Part shown: piece after piece, positions 19,244-28,839 of the stretch
Numbering within the stretch: position 1 is the first letter of the stretch
Layout: each line of letters opens with the position of its first letter
NCBI GenBank assembly: GCA_963805085.1
Contig: CAWDTA010000001.1
Coordinates: 96,001 to 160,000, forward strand
DNA from: an uncultured Veillonellaceae bacterium
Lineage (GTDB): Bacteria > Bacillota > Negativicutes > JARBTT01
Length of the DNA: 64,000 nt
Reading direction: 5' to 3'
Notes under the pieces: generated by a model
Told to the model about the DNA's origin: nothing
Databases searched by the model: none
The model's input: only the letters and a program-made list of their open reading frames with translations
Position numbers and translations under genes: made by a program

Positions 19244-19732
19244 ATGAGTGCTGTGGCAGAAGGGGTAAATGAGCTTGAATTGGAAGAAGATACGCAGAAA
19301 GATAAATTTCTCACCTTTGAAATTGAAAAAGAAATCTATGGGATTGAGATTCAGCTAGTAACAGAGATTATAGGGATTCAACCAATTACCGAAGTGCCTG
19401 AAGTACCCAATTATGTAAAAGGGATCATTAATTTGCGGGGGAAAATTATCCCTGTGATGGATGTGAGATTGCGCTTTAAAAAAGAGTTCCGTGAATATAA
19501 CGATAGAACCTGCGTGGTTGTCATTGAAAATGAAAATATTGTTCTTGGTTTAATTGTTGATAGTGTAGCTGAAGTTTTAGTTATACCAGGGGAAAATATT
19601 GTGCCACCACCAGATATAAAGTCTTCAAAGAATAAATATATCAAAGGGATCGGAAAAGTTGGCGAAACGGTTAAACTCCTTATTGATTGCGATAAAATTT
19701 TTCATGAGCAAACGGCGGAAGGAATTCAATAA
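19244..19732 (+). CDS. cheW: chemotaxis coupling protein CheW (second copy)
   Basis: GIINLRGKIIPVMDVR, GLIVDSVAEV. Confidence 0.95.
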   Translation: MSAVAEGVNELELEEDTQKDKFLTFEIEKEIYGIEIQLVTEIIGIQPITEVPEVPNYVKGIINLRGKIIPVMDVRLRFKKEFREYNDRTCVVVIENENIVLGLIVDSVAEVLVIPGENIVPPPDIKSSKNKYIKGIGKVGETVKLLIDCDKIFHEQTAEGIQ

Positions 19733-19755
19733 ATTAAGAGTTGGAGGAATAGAAA

Positions 19756-21453
19756 ATGAATTGGTTAGCGAACATAAATGTGGGTAAAAAATTAATTGGT
19801 GCATTTGTTGGGATTGCTTTAATTGCTGCTTTAATTAGTGTGGTAGGTATTTATAATATGTATCAATTAGATAGCAAGTACAGTAGTGTTTATGAAAAAA
19901 CTGGCTTAGCGACAGGCAATATTGGGCAAATTGGTATGTATTTTAATGAATCACGTACTATTTATCGGGCAATTCTTATGGATAAAGATGAAAATGCAAG
20001 AGCAAAAAGTATCGCTAGATTAAAAGAACTTGATGTAGAGATAAGCAATACTTTAAATAAATTAGCAGAGAAACTTCAAACAGAACAAGGAAAACAAGAA
20101 TTTGTTGAGTTGAAAAAATCCATTGAACAATATAAAATTGGCCGTGACCGTAGTATTCAAATCGCCTTAGCACACAGAGAGGAAGAAGCTTTAGCTACAT
20201 TTATTCAAACTGGAGGAAGTCAATTAGCCGCAGATACTAATGATAAAGTGCAAGCAATGTCTAAGTTGGCGGAAGCTACTGGCATAAAAGCGTCGGCTGA
20301 TCTTTCTGAGCAAGCTCGTACGACAATGTATATCATGGCTATGGTAAGTATCGTTATTGTTATACTAGCAGTGATTTTAGGGATATATATTGCACGTTAT
20401 ATAAGTAAATCCATTGAAACTTTAATCATTGCGGCAAATAAAATTGCCAAGGGTGAGCTCAATGTTGAAATTGCAGTGAATAGCACCGATGAGTTCGGAG
20501 AATTATCGCAGGCTTTTCGGGAAATGACAGCAAATGTAAATGAAGCGATGACTAATATTAATTCTGCATCAGAACAAGTGGCAGCGGGGGCAAAGAATGT
20601 ATCTGATGCAAGTATATCGTTATCCCAAGGAGCAACAGAGCAAGCAAGCTCGGTAGAAGAATTGCTATCCTCACTAGAGCAAATTGCAGCGCAAACAAAA
20701 TTGAATGCGGGAAATGCTGATAAAGCAAATCAACTTACCAATACAGCACAAGATAATGCTGCCCATGGGAATGAAGATATGAAGCAAATGCTACATGCGA
20801 TGACTGCTATCAATGATTCTTCAGCAAATATTTCTAAAATTATTAAAGTTATTGACGAAATTGCCTTCCAAACAAATATTTTAGCATTAAATGCAGCGGT
20901 TGAAGCGGCTCGTGCTGGTCAACATGGCAAAGGCTTTGCAGTAGTAGCCGAAGAAGTTCGCAATTTAGCAGCGCGTTCTGCAAAAGCGGCGAAAGAAACG
21001 ACCGATATGATCGAAGGATCTATCCAAAAAGTAAATGATGGTACAAAAATTGCGAATAAAACAGCAGAAGCTTTAAATACAATCGTCAAGACAGTAACTG
21101 AAGTGGCAACTTTAGTAGAAGGTATTGCAACAGCCTCTAATGAGCAAGATATGGCACTTACACAAATCAATCAAGGGGTGGTGCAAGTATCTCAGGTTGT
21201 ACAGGCTAACTCAGCGACTTCAGAAGAAAGTGCAGCAGCTAGTGAAGAGCTGAGTGCCCAAGCAGAGCTATTAAAAGAAACAGTATCACAATTTAAATTA
21301 CAAGCTACAAATAGGATGAGTAATTTCCATAATGATAATTTTAACTCACAAAATTACGAAATGAAACGTTATGAACAAAAACAAGTAGCTAAAACCCTGC
21401 AAAGTAATCAACCTAAAATTGCATTAAGCGATGAGGAATTTGGCAAGTATTGA
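19756..21453 (+). CDS. methyl-accepting chemotaxis protein (helical-bundle-type sensor, HAMP, C-terminal pentapeptide EFGKY)
   Basis: 2 TM, HAMP (DEFGEL), [20 protein letters not shown] hairpin tip, linker ending EFGKY. Confidence 0.95.
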   Translation: MNWLANINVGKKLIGAFVGIALIAALISVVGIYNMYQLDSKYSSVYEKTGLATGNIGQIGMYFNESRTIYRAILMDKDENARAKSIARLKELDVEISNTLNKLAEKLQTEQGKQEFVELKKSIEQYKIGRDRSIQIALAHREEEALATFIQTGGSQLAADTNDKVQAMSKLAEATGIKASADLSEQARTTMYIMAMVSIVIVILAVILGIYIARYISKSIETLIIAANKIAKGELNVEIAVNSTDEFGELSQAFREMTANVNEAMTNINSASEQVAAGAKNVSDASISLSQGATEQASSVEELLSSLEQIAAQTKLNAGNADKANQLTNTAQDNAAHGNEDMKQMLHAMTAINDSSANISKIIKVIDEIAFQTNILALNAAVEAARAGQHGKGFAVVAEEVRNLAARSAKAAKETTDMIEGSIQKVNDGTKIANKTAEALNTIVKTVTEVATLVEGIATASNEQDMALTQINQGVVQVSQVVQANSATSEESAAASEELSAQAELLKETVSQFKLQATNRMSNFHNDNFNSQNYEMKRYEQKQVAKTLQSNQPKIALSDEEFGKY

Positions 21454-21481
21454 GTTGAATATGTGATGGGATCTGTTGTAG

Positions 21482-22303
21482 GTGGATAAAATGATTTTAA
21501 TGACCAACCAAGAATTTGATATGCTAGCAGCATACATTAAACGAAAGTTTGGTGTGCATCTTGGACTAGAGAAAAAAACTTTAGTCCAAGGCAGACTACA
21601 TAAAATTATTGCGAGCATGAATTATACAAGTGTTAAGGAATATTATGAGTATTTAATCAACGAGCGCACAGGAAATGCTGATGTTGAGTTAGTGAATGCG
21701 ATTACTACCAATCATACCTTTTTTATGCGGGAGTCTAGTCATTTTGAATATTTTTCAGATCAGGTATTACCATACTTGTATAAAGAAGTTCAAGATCGTA
21801 ATCTTCGAACCTGGTGTGCCGCCTGTTCTACTGGCGAAGAATCCTATACATTAGCAATGCTGATCAATGATTTCTTTTCCATCAGGAGTCAAGGTTGGGA
21901 TACAAAATTGCTAGCAACTGATATCTCTGTCAATGCTTTAGATGTGGCTAGACAAGGAGTTTATTCAGCAGAATCGTTGGCTAGTATACCTAAAAAATGG
22001 CGAAATATATACTTTAAAAAACAAAATGAAAATGATTACCAAGTAATACCGATGCTAAAAAATGAAGTAATTTATCGTCAGTTTAATTTAATGAATGGAC
22101 AGTTTCCATTCAAGAAGAAGTTTCATACTATTTTTTGTCGAAATGTGATGATTTATTTTGACATCCCAACTAGGCAGGATTTGGTGAGAAAATTCTACGA
22201 CTATTTAGAACCTAACGGATATTTATTTATTGGTCATTCTGAAGTGTTAGATCGTAGCAATGCATTTAAGTGCATTATGCCGGCTGTCTATAGAAAGGAA
22301 TAG
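21482..22303 (+). CDS. cheR: chemotaxis methyltransferase CheR
   Basis: ITTNHTFFMRE, WCAACSTGEESY, IFCRNVMIYFD, GHSE. Confidence 0.95.
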   Translation: MDKMILMTNQEFDMLAAYIKRKFGVHLGLEKKTLVQGRLHKIIASMNYTSVKEYYEYLINERTGNADVELVNAITTNHTFFMRESSHFEYFSDQVLPYLYKEVQDRNLRTWCAACSTGEESYTLAMLINDFFSIRSQGWDTKLLATDISVNALDVARQGVYSAESLASIPKKWRNIYFKKQNENDYQVIPMLKNEVIYRQFNLMNGQFPFKKKFHTIFCRNVMIYFDIPTRQDLVRKFYDYLEPNGYLFIGHSEVLDRSNAFKCIMPAVYRKE

Positions 22304-22305
22304 CA

Positions 22306-23328
22306 ATGAAAAAAATTAGAGTTTTAGTTGTAGATGACTCCCTGGTAATTCGTGAAACGTTAGCACGAGGCTTATCGACCGATCCTATGATCGAAGTTGT
22401 GGCAACGGCAGTTGACCCCTTTGATGCTCGCGATAAAATTCTTGAATATAAGCCAGATGTAATGACGTTGGATATTGAGATGCCGAGAATGAATGGTATA
22501 GAATTTTTACGGAAACTGATGCCGCAATATCCATTGCCAACGATTGTTATCAGTGCTGTGAATGAGCATGTTTTTGAAGCGATCAATTTAGGAGCAATTG
22601 ACTTTGTCAGAAAGCCAGATGGACATTTATTTGTAGCCAATAAAGATTTTTTTGCGGATCTTATATTTAAGGTCAAAATTGCTTCAAATGCTAAGATTCA
22701 AAAGGTTGACGGCAAAGGGCATGCTCATACAGAACAAGTAACTTCACAAAATATTTCTAGTAAAATTATCGCGATTGGGGCATCTACTGGTGGAACTGTT
22801 GCTTTAACAAATGTGTTAACTGCTTTAGAGCCACCTTTACCTGGGATTGTCATCGTGCAGCATATCCCACCAGTTTTTTCCGAAATGTTTGCTAGGCGAC
22901 TTGATTCTATTAGTACCTTTGAGGTCAAAGAAGCTGCTGATGGAGACAGTATTACTCCTGGAAAAGTGTTGATTGCAGCAGGTAATCAACACATGAGAGT
23001 GAAAAAAATTGGTACACAAATAAAAGTTGAGTGTTTTGCAGGTGAAAAAGTAAATGGACATTGCCCGTCTGTTGATGTATTATTCAATTCCGTAGTAAGC
23101 TTTGGGGTAAATGCAGTGGGCGTAATTATGACGGGGATGGGCTATGATGGAGCAAAAGGTCTCTTAAACATGCGAAAAGCAGGGGCGAAAACAATTGGGC
23201 AAGATGAAAAATCGTCTGTTGTTTATGGTATGCCTAAGGTTGCGTACAACATTGGAGCTGTAGAATATCAGGTGTCATTAGAGCAAATACCTGATAAGAT
23301 TTGTTCACTGATAAGCAATTTAAAGTAG
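22306..23328 (+). CDS. cheB: chemotaxis methylesterase CheB (receiver plus esterase)
   Basis: N-terminal receiver; GASTGG, QHIP, PSVDVLF, TGMGYDG. Confidence 0.96.
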   Translation: MKKIRVLVVDDSLVIRETLARGLSTDPMIEVVATAVDPFDARDKILEYKPDVMTLDIEMPRMNGIEFLRKLMPQYPLPTIVISAVNEHVFEAINLGAIDFVRKPDGHLFVANKDFFADLIFKVKIASNAKIQKVDGKGHAHTEQVTSQNISSKIIAIGASTGGTVALTNVLTALEPPLPGIVIVQHIPPVFSEMFARRLDSISTFEVKEAADGDSITPGKVLIAAGNQHMRVKKIGTQIKVECFAGEKVNGHCPSVDVLFNSVVSFGVNAVGVIMTGMGYDGAKGLLNMRKAGAKTIGQDEKSSVVYGMPKVAYNIGAVEYQVSLEQIPDKICSLISNLK

Positions 23329-23336
23329 GTGACGAT

Positions 23337-26300
23337 ATGTTAGATAGGTTCCAAGAAGATAAAAAAATACTGATTGCTGATGTACTGGATTGTATTGGCG
23401 ATGGTGTCATTATGACGGATAGGCAAAGTAATATCCTTTATATTAATGATATGGCAACCAAAATTATTGGGGTAATAGAAAGTGAAGCTATTTATCAAGA
23501 GTTTTCCAGCATATGCTCAATTTATAATTTTGATACTGGTCGTGTTTTAGAAAACCCAGTGAAACGAGCAATTCTTAGTGGTGGGGTCATTGGATTAGAA
23601 AAAAATTCGGGTATTACGCGAAGTGATGGTAAAAAGATTTATTTATCAGCAACTTGTTCACCGATTCGCGATAGTAAAAAAAATATTGCCGGTGGTGTGG
23701 TAGTACTTAGAGATATCACGAAAATTCGTGATTTAGATGAACGTGTAAAAGATGAAAGCAACAGTTTGAAAACGATATTTAATGCTTCGCCTGTTGGCAT
23801 GGTTATTTTAGATGAGTTTGGTGCGATTGCTAATATTAATGATTCAGCCCTTAAAATTATGAATATTACTTTTAGCAATGCGATGAATAAACAATTTGGT
23901 GATGCATTTTTTTGTGACGGTAGTCAAGAAACAGAGTGTGGTTGTGGTGAAGGAAAAAAATGTAAAACATGCCCTTTTCAAGAAGCACTCAGAAAAGCTC
24001 TAGATGACAATCAAACCATTGGACAAATTGATGTGCAAGTTTGCTTTAAGCATCATGGAATTGAAGGTTACATTTGGCTAAGAATTAGTATTGCGCCTAC
24101 CAAAATAGGCGGTAAGAAAAATGTTGTCATTACCATGATTGATGTTACAGATAGTAAAGAAAAAGAGTTAGAAATGAAGAAATCGCGAGATTTTCATTTG
24201 CAGATTCTCAATAGTTTTCCAGGGCTTGTTTGGTGGGCTAAGGATAAAACTACGGTCTATGTAAATGAGCGTTATGAACAATTTACAGGAATGAAGAAAG
24301 AGCAGATGTATGGTGATAAGTGGACAGAGCTGATTCATCCTGAAGATCGGGACGACTACTTTTCTGGTTTTATCAATAATAACAATTATGATGCTGAAAT
24401 TCGTCTAAAACATAGAAATGGTAAATATAGATGGGTTTGGTGCATTAACCGGATTTTTTACGATATCAATGGGAAAGCAGATGGCAGCATCGGTATTGGT
24501 TTTGATGTCACCGATAAGAAAGAAATTGAAACAGCGATTGTGCATAGTCGGTCTCAATATCATTCTTTGTTTATGAATATGCATAGTGGTTTTACGTATA
24601 ATCAAATTATTGTTGATGAAAATAATCAGCCTATAGACTTTTTGTATTTAGAGTGTAATGATGATTATAAAAAAATTATGGGATTGCCTAATAAATCTCT
24701 AGTAGGAATAAAATTTTCAGAAGTTTTTCCAGACAGATTGAAAAGAAATTGTGGTTTAATTGAAAGATATGGGCAAGTTGCATTGGCGGGGGTTGGAAGG
24801 TTTAGTGAAGAGCTTTATTTTCCAAGCACCAACTGTTGGATAGCTTTATCGGTGTATAGTTTCGAAAAAGGTCATTTTGCGTCACTATGTACAGATATTA
24901 CTGAACGAAAGAGAACCGAAAAACAATTAAGACGGGCTAAAAAAGCGGCGGAGGAAGCAAATAAAGCAAAGAGCCAATTCTTGGCTAATATGAGTCATGA
25001 AATTAGAACACCAATTAACGGAATGGTTGGCATGATCGATTTGACGTTATTAACAGAGTTGACAGCGGAGCAACGGGGTAATCTGATTGTAGCGAAAAAT
25101 TGTGCGAACTTGTTGTTGGTGATTATAAATGACATTTTAGATTTTTCTAAGATGGAAGCTGGCAAACTTTATTTAGAAAATATTGGATTTGACCTAAGAG
25201 ATTCGATTGATGATATTGTGAAAACACATTCTGTGGAAGCAACGAATAAGGGGCTAGATTTTTCTTATACTTTATCTGCAAATATGCCACGATATATTTT
25301 GGGAGATCCAACGAGAATAAAACAAATTCTACATAATCTAGTTAGCAATGCGATTAAATTTACACATTTTGGCGGATTGTCATTACGTGTTAAGAAAACC
25401 AAAGATGAGAATGGTAAGGATTCTTTGGTTTTTGTTGTTGAAGATACGGGGATTGGTATTGATAAAGCAGGGATGCAAAAATTATTTAAAGTATTTAGTC
25501 AAGTGGATGGTTCGATTACTAGAAAATTTGGTGGAACGGGGCTTGGCTTGATGATCACCAAACAATTGGTTGAAATGATGGCTGGTCATATTTGGGTAGA
25601 AAGTATTAAAAATAAAGGGAGTAAATTTAGTTTTTCCATTCCATTTCAAGAAGTAGAAAAACCAGAGGTAACGGAATTTGCGCAAGGCAATGAAACCATA
25701 GTAACGAATAAGGCGAAATATATTTTACTCGTAGAAGATGATGCATTAAACCAGATTGTAGTCAGCAAGATGTTATTTAAAATGGGGTATGAAGTAGAAG
25801 TTGCAAGTAATGGAGTAGAAGCCATTACGTTATCGGAAAAAAACAAGTATGATTGTATCTTGATGGATATTCAAATGCCGGAACTTGGTGGTATCGAGGC
25901 TACGCAAAAAATTCGCGAGCGTGAAGCTAGCAGTGGACAAAATACTCCGATTATAGCGCTAACAGCGCATGCCCTCAAGGGCGACAGAGAAAAGTTTCTA
26001 TCTTATGGTATGGATGAGTATATAGCAAAACCAGTTGGCATGGAAGAACTAGATCACAAAATTAAATTGGTTTCTAGTAATGCCCTAGAATTGGTAACGG
26101 ATTGTAGTGATATTGCTGATATTTTAGAGTATTGTTATGAGGGGGAAAAAGCTGCCATAGGTGACGATACTAGCGAGGTTAGTGGAAAAGATGTAACACA
26201 AATGATGGATGCCCTAGAACAGAGCATTGATCAAGGAAATTTTGACGTGATTGAGCAACAAGCCGATCTTTTGAAAGAAACGTTCAAGGAAGTTTGTAGG

Positions 26301-26447
26301 GAAGATGACAAAGACTTGGCTTTTAAGATCCAGTTATCGGCGAGACGTGGTTCTATGGATGAAATTGCCAAAAATATGAGCTGTTTAAAATACTCTGTAA
26401 AAGATATTGTAAGAGATAATTTATTGCTCAAAGATAAACAAATTTAA
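23337..26447 (+). CDS. soluble hybrid histidine kinase: multiple PAS domains, HisKA/HATPase, receiver, degenerate Hpt-like tail
   Basis: No TM segments; PAS/PAC repeats (IHPEDR, RLKHRNGKYRW); ANMSHEIRTPIN, NAIKFT, GTGLGL; LMDIQMP. Start at ATG 23337 after AGGTGA (ORF track starts at 23301). Confidence 0.92.
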   Translation: MLDRFQEDKKILIADVLDCIGDGVIMTDRQSNILYINDMATKIIGVIESEAIYQEFSSICSIYNFDTGRVLENPVKRAILSGGVIGLEKNSGITRSDGKKIYLSATCSPIRDSKKNIAGGVVVLRDITKIRDLDERVKDESNSLKTIFNASPVGMVILDEFGAIANINDSALKIMNITFSNAMNKQFGDAFFCDGSQETECGCGEGKKCKTCPFQEALRKALDDNQTIGQIDVQVCFKHHGIEGYIWLRISIAPTKIGGKKNVVITMIDVTDSKEKELEMKKSRDFHLQILNSFPGLVWWAKDKTTVYVNERYEQFTGMKKEQMYGDKWTELIHPEDRDDYFSGFINNNNYDAEIRLKHRNGKYRWVWCINRIFYDINGKADGSIGIGFDVTDKKEIETAIVHSRSQYHSLFMNMHSGFTYNQIIVDENNQPIDFLYLECNDDYKKIMGLPNKSLVGIKFSEVFPDRLKRNCGLIERYGQVALAGVGRFSEELYFPSTNCWIALSVYSFEKGHFASLCTDITERKRTEKQLRRAKKAAEEANKAKSQFLANMSHEIRTPINGMVGMIDLTLLTELTAEQRGNLIVAKNCANLLLVIINDILDFSKMEAGKLYLENIGFDLRDSIDDIVKTHSVEATNKGLDFSYTLSANMPRYILGDPTRIKQILHNLVSNAIKFTHFGGLSLRVKKTKDENGKDSLVFVVEDTGIGIDKAGMQKLFKVFSQVDGSITRKFGGTGLGLMITKQLVEMMAGHIWVESIKNKGSKFSFSIPFQEVEKPEVTEFAQGNETIVTNKAKYILLVEDDALNQIVVSKMLFKMGYEVEVASNGVEAITLSEKNKYDCILMDIQMPELGGIEATQKIREREASSGQNTPIIALTAHALKGDREKFLSYGMDEYIAKPVGMEELDHKIKLVSSNALELVTDCSDIADILEYCYEGEKAAIGDDTSEVSGKDVTQMMDALEQSIDQGNFDVIEQQADLLKETFKEVCREDDKDLAFKIQLSARRGSMDEIAKNMSCLKYSVKDIVRDNLLLKDKQI

Positions 26448-26517
26448 ACAGGGGTGTTCTAATGTTTCGTTTAACCAATCAAGCGTTTAAGTTTAATAAA
26501 TGAGGAGAGTGGCTTCG

Positions 26518-26913
26518 ATGAGAATATTAATTGCTGAAGACGATTTAATTAGTCGCAAATTTATTTCGAAGATTTTATCACAGTATGGCGAATGTGATGT
26601 TACGGTTGATGGTCAGGAAGCTTTGGATGCATATTTGCTAGCAGTCAAAGAGAAGAAGCCCTATGAGTTAATTTGTTTAGATATTATGATGCCGAAAATA
26701 GACGGAGTCAGAGTGTTAAAAGCGATCAGAGCTCTCGAAAAACAACAAGAAAATTCTACAACTAATCATGCAAAGATTATTATGCTTACTGCATTGGTGG
26801 ATAAAGAGTATGTAACAAAATCATTTGAAATAGGCTGTGAAGCTTATGCAACAAAGCCAATTGACACAGAGAAATTAGTTGAAGTATTGCAAAAATTAGG
26901 TCTGATAAAATGA
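26518..26913 (+). CDS. single-domain response regulator (CheY-like)
   Basis: IAEDD, LDIMMP, TKP; ATG 26518 after GAGGAG. Confidence 0.9.
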   Translation: MRILIAEDDLISRKFISKILSQYGECDVTVDGQEALDAYLLAVKEKKPYELICLDIMMPKIDGVRVLKAIRALEKQQENSTTNHAKIIMLTALVDKEYVTKSFEIGCEAYATKPIDTEKLVEVLQKLGLIK

Positions 26914-26916
26914 ATG

Positions 26917-26959
26917 AAAAATCAGCTAGCCTCTGCATGAGAGGTTAGCTGATTTTTTT
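26917..26959 (+). terminator. intrinsic terminator closing the che operon
   Basis: AAAAATCAGCTAGCCTCT / AGAGGTTAGCTGATTTTT followed by Ts. Confidence 0.85.
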
Positions 26960-27028
26960 GTCGAAAAGAAAAAGATATTGAATTTTAAAGTGGTAAAGGG
27001 TAAACTATGACTAATGCCATTTTCATTA

Positions 27029-27061
27029 TTTCAACATATTTTCATAATGATACGTTAAAAT
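27029..27061 (+). promoter_or_regulatory. putative OmpR/PhoB-family direct-repeat box plus -10 element (same geometry as 10744)
   Basis: TTTCA(27029)-N6-TTTCA(27040)-N11-TAAAAT(27056). Confidence 0.5.
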
Positions 27062-27104
27062 AGACCTATCATTCAAGAACAATTATAGTAGAAGGAGCTT
27101 ATCA

Positions 27105-27695
27105 ATGGAAAGTTTAATAGAGTTATTGCTAGAATGGGGTCTATTAGGGTTAATTATTGCCGCATTCACGGAATCTTTTTGTTCGCCAATTTTACCAGAT
27201 GTGGTATTGTTACCATTGGCGTTAGCAAATCCCAATATGGCAATCTATTATGGTAGTGTAGCGACCGTTGTCTCGGTGTTAGGTGGTTTTATCGGTTATG
27301 CAATTGGACATAAATGGGGGATGCCAGTTGTCCATAAAGTAATGCCAGATAAGTATGCACATAAAATTCAGGAGTTTGCTGATAGTAAAAATGTTTCCTG
27401 GACGATTTTTCTAGCGGCAATGTCACCAATTCCTTATAAATTTGTGAGTATCTCCGCTGGTGCCTTTAATGTAAAATGGCCAGTATTTGTAATTGCTTCA
27501 CTATTAGGTAGAGCAAAACGATTTTTTCTCGAAGCCGTTGTTATCTATTATTTTGGGGAGCCTGCAGTACGTTATTTTCAAAATAATACGAAGGAGGTAA
27601 TGGCAATTTCTATTGCGCTTGTTCTTGCTTTAGGAGTGTGCGTGTACTTATATAAGCGCTATAAAAGAAGTAAAGTGCAACTTGATAGGATATAA
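27105..27695 (+). CDS. YqaA/DedA (VTT domain) family membrane protein
   Basis: AFTESFCSPILPDVVL, SVLGGFIGYAIG, SPIPYK, GRAKRF. Confidence 0.88.
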   Translation: MESLIELLLEWGLLGLIIAAFTESFCSPILPDVVLLPLALANPNMAIYYGSVATVVSVLGGFIGYAIGHKWGMPVVHKVMPDKYAHKIQEFADSKNVSWTIFLAAMSPIPYKFVSISAGAFNVKWPVFVIASLLGRAKRFFLEAVVIYYFGEPAVRYFQNNTKEVMAISIALVLALGVCVYLYKRYKRSKVQLDRI

Positions 27696-27738
27696 ATTGA
27701 ATAATGCGTTGTTCCACAATGAATTATTGGATTGATGG

Positions 27739-27791
27739 AAAAGAACCTACATGTGATGCAGTCAGTGGGAATCATATGATAGGTTCTTTTT
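27739..27791 (+). terminator. probable terminator
   Basis: AAAAGAACCTA-CATGTGAT / ATCATATG-A-TAGGTTCTTTT stem. Confidence 0.55.
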
Positions 27792-27872
27792 GTTTTAATT
27801 TCATTCATACAAAAGTTGTATTTTATTGTATAATGAATAGATAAAATACAGCGCAAGTCTAGGGAGAATTAT

Positions 27873-28664
27873 ATGAAGAAAATAATATTTTTAGATGTTG
27901 ATGGGACTTTAATCGATGGCAGCAATGGAATGCGAGCGATGAGTCCAAGAACAAAAACGGCAATCAAAAAGGTACAAGAAGCAGGGCATTATGTGTTTAT
28001 TGCTTCGGGCAGACCCTATGCTTTTATTGATAAAGAATTGCTTTCATTTGGGTTTGATGGCTTTGTTTTTATGAATGGCGCAGCTGTCATGGTAGATAAT
28101 AAATTTATATATAAAAAAGCTTTGGATAAAAGTTTTATCATTCGTGCTATCGCGTTATTTGAAAAAAACAATATAGAGTACGTGCTACAAGGGGAAAAAG
28201 AAGTATATTTAAAACAAGAATATAAAAAATTACATCGTGATTTTGATGAGTATGGTATTTCTAAAAAATATTTTATTAGTGAGTATAATGTAGTAGATAT
28301 TGATATTTATAAAATGGAAATGATGTGTGAGGACGCTAAGGGACAAGAAATTTGTAAATCGTTAAGAAAAGATAATATGGAATATTTACAAGACCCTGCT
28401 AGGGGAATGAAATTTGAAATATATTCGAAAACAGAAAGTAAAGCGACGGGAATTTTAAAAGTCTTGCAACATTTAAAGATTCCTATTGAGAATAGTTATG
28501 CTTTTGGTGATGGAAAAAATGATATTGAAATGCTTACTACAGTAGGGTGTGGAATTGCGATGGGGAATGCGAGTGAGGTGGTCAAGCAATATGCAAATTA
28601 TGTGGTAGCTACGGTTCATCAAGATGGGGTAGCCGAAGGCTTGGTGAGATATGTTTTAGTATAG
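27873..28664 (+). CDS. Cof-type HAD-IIB hydrolase
   Basis: FLDVDGTL, ASGR, KATGI, FGDGKNDIEM. Confidence 0.93.
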   Translation: MKKIIFLDVDGTLIDGSNGMRAMSPRTKTAIKKVQEAGHYVFIASGRPYAFIDKELLSFGFDGFVFMNGAAVMVDNKFIYKKALDKSFIIRAIALFEKNNIEYVLQGEKEVYLKQEYKKLHRDFDEYGISKKYFISEYNVVDIDIYKMEMMCEDAKGQEICKSLRKDNMEYLQDPARGMKFEIYSKTESKATGILKVLQHLKIPIENSYAFGDGKNDIEMLTTVGCGIAMGNASEVVKQYANYVVATVHQDGVAEGLVRYVLV

Positions 28665-28728
28665 CTTTTAAAAAGAGAATGCTATTTTTCTGAAAAAAGA
28701 ATAGATTCTCTCTTCTTTTTAAATAATG

Positions 28729-28757
28729 TTTGACTTTTTGACCTTTTGCTGTATAAT
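28729..28757 (+). promoter_or_regulatory. clpB promoter overlapped by CtsR-like heptads
   Basis: TTGACT-N16-TATAAT. The minus strand reads GGTCAAA-A-AGTCAAA (CtsR heptad RGTCAAA, with spacer 1 rather than the usual 3). Confidence 0.55.
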
Positions 28758-28839
28758 AAAAATCAAAGAAAATTAGTAATAATTTCTTGTTGCTAGTGGA
28801 ATAATAAAAAAGTCTAAATGTGGGTAGGGAGGATTTCGT

